DNA from: Verrucomicrobiales bacterium
Lineage (GTDB): Bacteria > Verrucomicrobiota > Verrucomicrobiia > Limisphaerales > UBA1100
Direction of reading: 5' to 3'
Assembly (NCBI GenBank): GCA_038139415.1
Contig: JAYOSV010000003.1
Span: 84,700 to 148,699 of the forward strand
Length of the DNA stretch: 64,000 nt
The translations under genes and the position numbers were made by a program. Positions within the stretch are counted from its first letter, which is position 1. Each line of letters begins with the position of its first letter. This document shows positions 57,960 to 64,000 of the stretch, piece after piece. The notes below the pieces were generated by a model. That model was not told the origin of the DNA and did no database searches. It worked only from the letters and a program-made list of their open reading frames with translations.

Positions 57960-57985
57960 GGCGCTCAACTAAAAGTCTTACCATG

Positions 57986-58020
57986 AAAAAAAGAGGCGAG
58001 GTGACCCTCGCCTCTTTTTT
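57986..58020. terminator. Bidirectional Rho-independent terminator between convergent genes
   Basis: A7-GAGGCGAGG-tgac-CCTCGCCTC-T6. Confidence 0.88.
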
Positions 58021-58034
58021 AATTCCGGTATGCG

Positions 58035-59192
58035 TTACGAAATGTGTGCGCCCCTGGTTTCGACGTAGACCGCGTAGAGCGATTGGCTGGCGGTCATGAA
58101 GAGGCGGTTGCGTTTGGTGCCGCCGAAGCAGACGTTGCTGCAGATTTCTGGTAGCAGAATCTGCCCGATGCGTTTGCCGTCCTTGGGCTCAAAGACGTGC
58201 ACGCCGTCGTAGCCGTCGCCCACCCAGCCGGCGCTGGACCAGATGTTGCCGTCTTCGTCGCAGCGGATTCCGTCAGCCATGCCGGCCTTGGTGACCTTTT
58301 GTTTTTGGCCGTTCTCGTCCACTTCCTCCATCTCAAGATCCATGCTGGTAAAGGTCTTGCCATTTTGGAGGCTCACGTCATTGACCACGTCCCAAACCTT
58401 GATTTCCTTTTTGGCCTCGGCATAGTGCGAGGCGCCGGTGTCGGCGACGTAAAGCTTCTTGTAATCCGGGCTGAAGCACAGGCCGTTGGGCTTGAAAATA
58501 TCCTCGGTCACCTTGGTCAGCTTGCCGGTCTTGGCATCAATGCGGTAGACCGCTTCTTTCTGGTGTGGCTGCACGCTACCGGTCTTGGCGCGGTGACCCT
58601 CATAATTCATCAGGCTGCCGTAGCCAGGGTCGGTAAACCAGATGGCGCCGTCCGGATGCACCACGGCATCGTTGGGGGCGTTGAAGGGTTTGCCGCCGTA
58701 GCCGTCGGCGAGCACGGTGATCTTACCGTTGTACTCGTAGCGCACTACGCGGCGGTTGCCGTGTTCGCACGAAATTTGGCGTCCGGTCCAGTCGAAGGTG
58801 TTGCCGTTGCTGTTGCCGCTGGGATGACGGAATGTGCTCACGTGTCCGTCCTCCTCCAGCCAGCGCAGCTGAACATTGTTCGGGATATCGCTCCAGAGTA
58901 GATAACGTCCCACGCCATTCCAGGCCGGGCCCTCAGCCCAAAGCATGTCGGGGTTGGTGTATAGCCGGCGGATGGGGGTGTTGCCCAGTTTGTATTTGGC
59001 GAACGCGGGATCGAGTACGAGCACATCCGGCTCGGGATAGCGCGTGGGATTTTTGCCTGTCCAATCTCGTGGCGTGCCCTTGGCGGCGGCGAGCGCGGTG
59101 GCAGTGGCCGTCAGGGCCGTGGCGGTGGTAGCGAGAAAGCTGCGCCGATCCAGCGCGCCTTGGGAGGGGGAAATGGAATCGTGTTCCTTCAT
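58035..59192 (-). CDS. SMP-30/gluconolactonase family protein, Tat-exported
   Basis: DRRSFL; WAEGPAW, WSDIP, SNGN, FNAPND, PNGLCFSPD, DGIRCD, NVCFGG. Confidence 0.9.
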   Translation of the reverse strand: MKEHDSISPSQGALDRRSFLATTATALTATATALAAAKGTPRDWTGKNPTRYPEPDVLVLDPAFAKYKLGNTPIRRLYTNPDMLWAEGPAWNGVGRYLLWSDIPNNVQLRWLEEDGHVSTFRHPSGNSNGNTFDWTGRQISCEHGNRRVVRYEYNGKITVLADGYGGKPFNAPNDAVVHPDGAIWFTDPGYGSLMNYEGHRAKTGSVQPHQKEAVYRIDAKTGKLTKVTEDIFKPNGLCFSPDYKKLYVADTGASHYAEAKKEIKVWDVVNDVSLQNGKTFTSMDLEMEEVDENGQKQKVTKAGMADGIRCDEDGNIWSSAGWVGDGYDGVHVFEPKDGKRIGQILLPEICSNVCFGGTKRNRLFMTASQSLYAVYVETRGAHIS

Positions 59193-59286
59193 GGTCAATC
59201 AGGTTCGGCGAAAGCTTCTGTTGCTCGCGCCCGCCGTGCAAGAAAAAGCTGGCCGCTTGTCCGTGCATGGCCTTGGATGACCAGCC

Positions 59287-60570
59287 ATGTCGTTGCTGGA
59301 TGTCCAGACCGTTCCCCGCATGTTTAAGGTTCGACAAGAGTTTCCTCGGCCGGAACCGTTGGACATTCCTGCGACTGTCGCGGCCCAAATTGCCTCGGTG
59401 CAGGACCGGCTCCAGCCCAACGCGCGCGTGGCGGTCACCGTGGGCAGCCGCGGGATTGCGAATTTTCGCGAAATAGTCCGGGCCGTTCTCGATGCATTAA
59501 CAGCGGCCGGCGTGCAGCCGTTTATCTTGCCGGCGATGGGCAGCCACGGCGGCGCCACGCCGGAGGGACAGAAACGGATTCTTGCCGATTATGGAATCAC
59601 CGAGGAAACGATGGGTGTACCCATTGAGGCGGCCATGGCTACGCGCGAAGTGGGGCGCACGGCCGATGGCGTTAGGGCATTCTCCAGCGCGGTTGCGCTC
59701 GAGGCCGATGGCATTGTGGTGCTGAACCGCGTGAAACCGCACACCGATTATTTCAGCCGCACGCTGGGCAGCGGCCTGATCAAGATGATGGTGGTGGGCA
59801 TGGGGAAACATGATGGCGCTGCTAATTTTCATCGCACGGCAGTGCACCGTGGGTATGAGGAGACACTCCGGATGCTTGGCCGAGTGGTGTTGCGCGAGGC
59901 CCCGATCCTGTTTGGGATCGGGCTGGTGGAGCACCAATACCACGACACCGCCCGTATTGAGGCCGTGCGGCCCGAGGACATCGAGGCACGCGAAGCCGAG
60001 CTCTTTGCCGAGGCCACAGCGTTGTTGCCCAAGCTGCCGTTTGACGATGCGGATCTGCTGGTGGTCGATCAGATCGGAAAAAATATCAGTGGACCCGGAA
60101 TGGACCCTAACGTCATCGGTCGGCATGCGCATCATTACAGTACCCTGCTGCAAAATGCGCTTGAGGTGACACCGTTTATGCGCCGCATTTATGTGCGGGG
60201 ATTGACGCCTGAAACGCATGGCAACGCCATCGGAGTAGGGTTGGCCGATGCGGTTCATGTGCGGTTGGTGGAAGCGATGGATGCCGAGAGCACGTTTGTG
60301 AATGTGCGTACCTCGCTCACGCTTCACAACGCCAAGATACCGATGCATTTCCCTAATGACCGCGCGGCCTTGGCGGGGTTACTGGATAGTTTGGCATTAC
60401 CCGATCCGGCGCTGGCGCGGGTCATGCGTATTCGCCATACGCTGGATCTGGCGCAACTGGAATTGTCTGAAGCCTTTGCCGCTGAGGTGGCGACACGGGA
60501 GGATCTCACAGTCTTGTCGGAGCCGGCTGAATGGGGGTTTGCCGGGGACGATTTGTTGGATCTCGCCTAA
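59287..60570 (+). CDS. LarA-like (lactate racemase N-domain / DUF362-like) protein
   Basis: VGSRGI, PAMGSHGGAT, NRVKPHT, GKNISGPGMD.NVIGR, GNAIGVG. Confidence 0.7.
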   Translation: MSLLDVQTVPRMFKVRQEFPRPEPLDIPATVAAQIASVQDRLQPNARVAVTVGSRGIANFREIVRAVLDALTAAGVQPFILPAMGSHGGATPEGQKRILADYGITEETMGVPIEAAMATREVGRTADGVRAFSSAVALEADGIVVLNRVKPHTDYFSRTLGSGLIKMMVVGMGKHDGAANFHRTAVHRGYEETLRMLGRVVLREAPILFGIGLVEHQYHDTARIEAVRPEDIEAREAELFAEATALLPKLPFDDADLLVVDQIGKNISGPGMDPNVIGRHAHHYSTLLQNALEVTPFMRRIYVRGLTPETHGNAIGVGLADAVHVRLVEAMDAESTFVNVRTSLTLHNAKIPMHFPNDRAALAGLLDSLALPDPALARVMRIRHTLDLAQLELSEAFAAEVATREDLTVLSEPAEWGFAGDDLLDLA

Positions 60571-60602
60571 CCCATGGGCTTGCTGAAAGAGGGGTAATTT
60601 AA

Positions 60603-60710
60603 TTCACCATAGAGGCAAGGCTCCCTCGCCCAACCATCCTCCGGATCGTCTTATTTTCTAAATTTCCAAAACACCCACTCAGGCTCTTTCTCTGTGCCTC
60701 TTAGGTAAAA
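60603..60710. repeat. Degenerate REP-like inverted repeat, same family as 10112-10180
   Basis: TTCACCATAGAGGCA ... CTCTGTGCCTCTTAGGTAAAA. Confidence 0.45.
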
Positions 60711-60762
60711 TAATTGCCGTGCAAAAACAAAACGACGCGTCCAAACTTTCCTGACTGAACCC

Positions 60763-62796
60763 ATGAGATTGACGGCAATATTGGGTGCGCTGGGGCTCGC
60801 GGGAGGGCTTTGGGCGGCTGAGAAAATCGATCTCGCTAAGGGGCGGGAGCATTGGGCGTTTCAGCCAGTGCAACGCGCGGCGTTGCCGGCGGTACAATCC
60901 AAGGATTGGCCGCAGAACAGTATTGATCATTTCATCCTCGCGCGACTTGAGCAGGCGGGGCTTCAGCCGGCTCCGGCGGCATCGCCACGGGATTTGCAGC
61001 GGCGGCTGTATTATGCGCTGACGGGGTTACCACCGCAGGCGGGCTCGAAATTGGCCAACCCCCAATCGGAGATCCACACGCTGATAGCCACGCCGCAGTA
61101 TGGCGAGCGATGGGCACGGCATTGGCTGGATGTGGTGCGGTACGCGGACAGCAATGGGCTGGACGAAAATGCCGCGCACGCCAATGCCTGGCGGTATCGC
61201 GATTATGTGGTGAACGCTTTCAACGCCGACAAACCGTACGATCAGTTTCTCATCGAACAAATCGCCGGCGACCGCCTTGAGACGAACGATGCGGCGCGTC
61301 GGCGCGAGTTGTTTATTGCCACCGGATTTCTGTCGCTGGGGCCGAAGGTGTTGGCCGAGCCGGACAAGGTGAAGATGGAGATGGACATCATCGACGAGCA
61401 GATCGACACGCTTGGTAAGGCGCTGCTCGGACTCACGCTCGGTTGCGCGCGGTGTCATGATCACAAGTTTGATCCCATCCCCACCGCGGATTACTACGCG
61501 CTCGCTGGCATTTTCAAGAGCACGAAGACGATGGAGAGCATGAAGACCATCGCCAAGTGGCACGAGAATCCCGTTGCCACGCCGGCTGAGAAGCAGTTGC
61601 GCGAGAAACACGCCGCGTCAATCGCCGCGCAGAAAAAAGGGGTGGCGGCTTTCACAGAAAAGGCCAATGCGCAGCTGTTGGTTTTGTTGAAGACCGACAA
61701 GCTACCGGCCAAGCCGGAGACGCAATACCCGAAGGCGACCCAGGAGGAGCTTGGCAAAATCCGGGCGGCCTTGAAGCAGCTGGAGGATAATCCGCCGCCC
61801 ACAGTTTCGGCGATGGGCGTGACCGATGGCAACGCCACCGAGCTGCCGATTTTTGTGCGAGGTAACCACAACACGCCGGCGAAAACCAAGCAGCCGCGGC
61901 GCTTTCCGCAGGTGTTGTCCGATGGCAAACCGCTCGCCGGCGAGGCCAGCGGGCGGCTGGCCTTGGCGCGCTGGATTGCCGATGAAAAGAACCCGCTCAC
62001 CGCGCGGGTGATGGTGAACCGCGTGTGGCGCTGGCATTTCGGGCGCGGGTTGGTGGCTACGACGGACAACTTCGGCCTGCTCGGGGACAAGCCGTCGCAT
62101 CCCGAGCTGCTCGACTGGTTGGCGGCGTGGTTCATGGACAACGGTTGGTCGGTCAAAAAACTCAACACGCTCATCCTCAGCAGTGCTACTTATCAAATGA
62201 GCACCACGGCTTCGCCCTCAGCCTTGAAGGCGGACGCGAATAACGTGCTCCTATCTCGCGCACCGCTGCGCCGGTTGGAGGCTGAGCCGCTGCGCGATTC
62301 GTTGCTCGCGCTGGGCGGGTTGCTCGATAAACAGGTGGGCGGCTTTGTTTGGACGTTTGAGAACTACAAGCTCGTCTTCAATCACACCTCCGAGGACGCC
62401 ACCACCTATGAGAGCAACCGCCGTGCGCTGTACCTGCCGGTGATCCGCAATCACGTGTACGATCTGTTTGAGCTGTTTGATTTTCCTGATCCCGGCACGG
62501 TCAACGGCAATCGCGCCGATTCCACGATCGCGCCACAGGCGTTATATCTGATGAATAGCCCGCTCGTCCTGCGCGCTACCGAATCCATGGCCGAGGCGTT
62601 ACTGAAGGAGGGGGATCTTACCAACGCGCAGCGCGTGCAGCGGCTTTATGCGCAGGTGTTCAATCGCCCGCCCACGGTCAAGGAAACGCAACGCGCTGTG
62701 GTGTTCATCAACAATTTCGCCCAGGACCGCCTCGCCAGCTGGCAGGCATTGAGTCAGGCGTTGGTATCGTCCAATGAATTCCTATATTTGAAATGA
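60763..62796 (+). CDS. DUF1549/DUF1553 protein lacking the N-terminal cytochrome domain and the central insert
   Basis: HWAF, YGERWARHWLDVVRYADS, CARCHDHKFDP, NPLTARVMVNR, APQAL. Confidence 0.92.
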   Translation: MRLTAILGALGLAGGLWAAEKIDLAKGREHWAFQPVQRAALPAVQSKDWPQNSIDHFILARLEQAGLQPAPAASPRDLQRRLYYALTGLPPQAGSKLANPQSEIHTLIATPQYGERWARHWLDVVRYADSNGLDENAAHANAWRYRDYVVNAFNADKPYDQFLIEQIAGDRLETNDAARRRELFIATGFLSLGPKVLAEPDKVKMEMDIIDEQIDTLGKALLGLTLGCARCHDHKFDPIPTADYYALAGIFKSTKTMESMKTIAKWHENPVATPAEKQLREKHAASIAAQKKGVAAFTEKANAQLLVLLKTDKLPAKPETQYPKATQEELGKIRAALKQLEDNPPPTVSAMGVTDGNATELPIFVRGNHNTPAKTKQPRRFPQVLSDGKPLAGEASGRLALARWIADEKNPLTARVMVNRVWRWHFGRGLVATTDNFGLLGDKPSHPELLDWLAAWFMDNGWSVKKLNTLILSSATYQMSTTASPSALKADANNVLLSRAPLRRLEAEPLRDSLLALGGLLDKQVGGFVWTFENYKLVFNHTSEDATTYESNRRALYLPVIRNHVYDLFELFDFPDPGTVNGNRADSTIAPQALYLMNSPLVLRATESMAEALLKEGDLTNAQRVQRLYAQVFNRPPTVKETQRAVVFINNFAQDRLASWQALSQALVSSNEFLYLK

Positions 62797-64000
62797 CCTC
62801 CCGCCGCGACATGTTGCAGCAATCCGCCCTCGGCTTTGGGTCGTTGGCGTTGACGTCGTTGTTGCAGGCGGAAAATCCACTTGCGGCTAAGCGACCGCAT
62901 TTTCGGCCGCGAGCCAAGCGCGTGATTTTCCTGTTCATGAAAGGCGGCCCGTCACAGGTAGACACCTTCGAGCACAAGCCTCTGCTCCAGCGCGATCACG
63001 GCAAGCCGCTGCCGTTTGACAAGCCGAAGGTTACCTTCGCCAAGACCGGCAACCTTCTGGCCTCGCCTTGGAAATTCAAGCCGTACGGCCAGTGCGGCCA
63101 CATGGTCAGCGAACTTTTTCCGCATGTGGCGCGGCATGTGGATGACATCTGTTTTATCCACGGCGCACACGGCACAAATCCCGCCCATGGTGGCGCGTTG
63201 CTGAAGCTTCATACCGGTGCGGATAATTTTGTGCGGCCGAGCATGGGCGCGTGGGTTGGTTACGGGCTCGGCACAGAAAACGAAAACCTGCCTTCCTACG
63301 TGACCATTTGCCCGACCCTCGCGCATGGCGGCTTGAACAATTGGGGTAGCGCGTTTCTGCCCGCGCACTTCGGCGGCACACCCATCGGCAATGCCAGCCT
63401 CAAGGCCAAGGACGCCAAGGTGCATCATATCCGCAATCCAAAGTGGACACCCGGCCAGCAGCGTGCGCAATTAGATTTTCTCAAGCAACTCAACGAGGAT
63501 CATCTTTCCGCCACGCCCGATCCCGTGCTCGAGAGCCGCATCAATTCCTATGAGCTTGCATTCCGCATGCAGACCTCGATGCCGGAGATTCAGGATACAC
63601 GCGGCGAAACCGAGGCCACGCGCAAACTGTATGGGCTGGATAATCCCATTACCGAAGATTTCGGCCGGCAATGCCTAATGGCCCGGCGCTTTGCTGAACG
63701 CGGTGTGCGCTTTGTACAGGTGTCACACAGCGACAGCAAGGTCCAGTGGGATCAACACGGTAACCTCAAGAAAGGCCACACCGAAAAAGCCTCCGAGGTC
63801 GATAAACCTATCGCCGGTCTGCTGCACGACCTCAAGTCGCGTGGGTTGCTCGAAGACACGCTAGTGCTTTGGAGCGGCGAATTCGGTCGCACGCCCACCG
63901 TGCAGGGATCGGGTATGGACGGCCGTGACCATAACCCGTGGGGCTTCACAATGTGGATGGCCGGCGCCGGGGTGAAAGGTGGTTTCGCGCATGGCGCCAC
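62793..64000 (+). CDS. DUF1501 family protein, 3'-truncated by the window edge, not in the ORF track
   Basis: ATGA overlap; MTSRRDMLQ..., AKRVIFLFMKGGPSQVDTF, WDQH, WSGEFGRTP, GRDHNP. Confidence 0.9.
   Translation, partial: MTSRRDMLQQSALGFGSLALTSLLQAENPLAAKRPHFRPRAKRVIFLFMKGGPSQVDTFEHKPLLQRDHGKPLPFDKPKVTFAKTGNLLASPWKFKPYGQCGHMVSELFPHVARHVDDICFIHGAHGTNPAHGGALLKLHTGADNFVRPSMGAWVGYGLGTENENLPSYVTICPTLAHGGLNNWGSAFLPAHFGGTPIGNASLKAKDAKVHHIRNPKWTPGQQRAQLDFLKQLNEDHLSATPDPVLESRINSYELAFRMQTSMPEIQDTRGETEATRKLYGLDNPITEDFGRQCLMARRFAERGVRFVQVSHSDSKVQWDQHGNLKKGHTEKASEVDKPIAGLLHDLKSRGLLEDTLVLWSGEFGRTPTVQGSGMDGRDHNPWGFTMWMAGAGVKGGFAHGA

Overview
Gene-dense, mostly high-GC bacterial window typical of the PVC superphylum, probably a Verrucomicrobiota or Planctomycetota organism (inferred from gene-family content, not a marker gene). 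It is dominated by five DUF1549/DUF1553 (PSD1, planctomycete cytochrome c) genes and eight Tat-type DUF1501 genes, all on the + strand and mostly coupled. Around them are carbohydrate and sulfate catabolic genes (SGNH/sialate O-acetylesterases, sulfatase, SMP-30 lactonases, PfkB kinase, Gfo/Idh/MocA, ThuA, DUF1080, PQQ-like propellers), housekeeping genes (recQ, tcdA, TatD, TrmH-type methylase, AlkA-type glycosylase) and a sigma54 two-component pair. The main things the ORF track misses or does not explain are: (1) two apparently separate ORFs at 2702-3706 (-) that form one in-frame EF-hand/iodothyronine-deiodinase-like selenoprotein, with UGA at the catalytic position and a bSECIS-like hairpin; (2) a three-gene operon of a cNMP-domain MscS channel, an orphan secretin with a ~300 aa C-terminal extension, and a membrane-anchored helical/Sel1 protein, which may be an undescribed trans-envelope system; (3) a frameshifted S41 peptidase, an unlisted DUF4177-like microprotein, recurrent leaderless-type promoters, REP-like palindromes and low-GC mosaic segments inside genes. 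I saw no rRNA, tRNA, CRISPR array or transposase.
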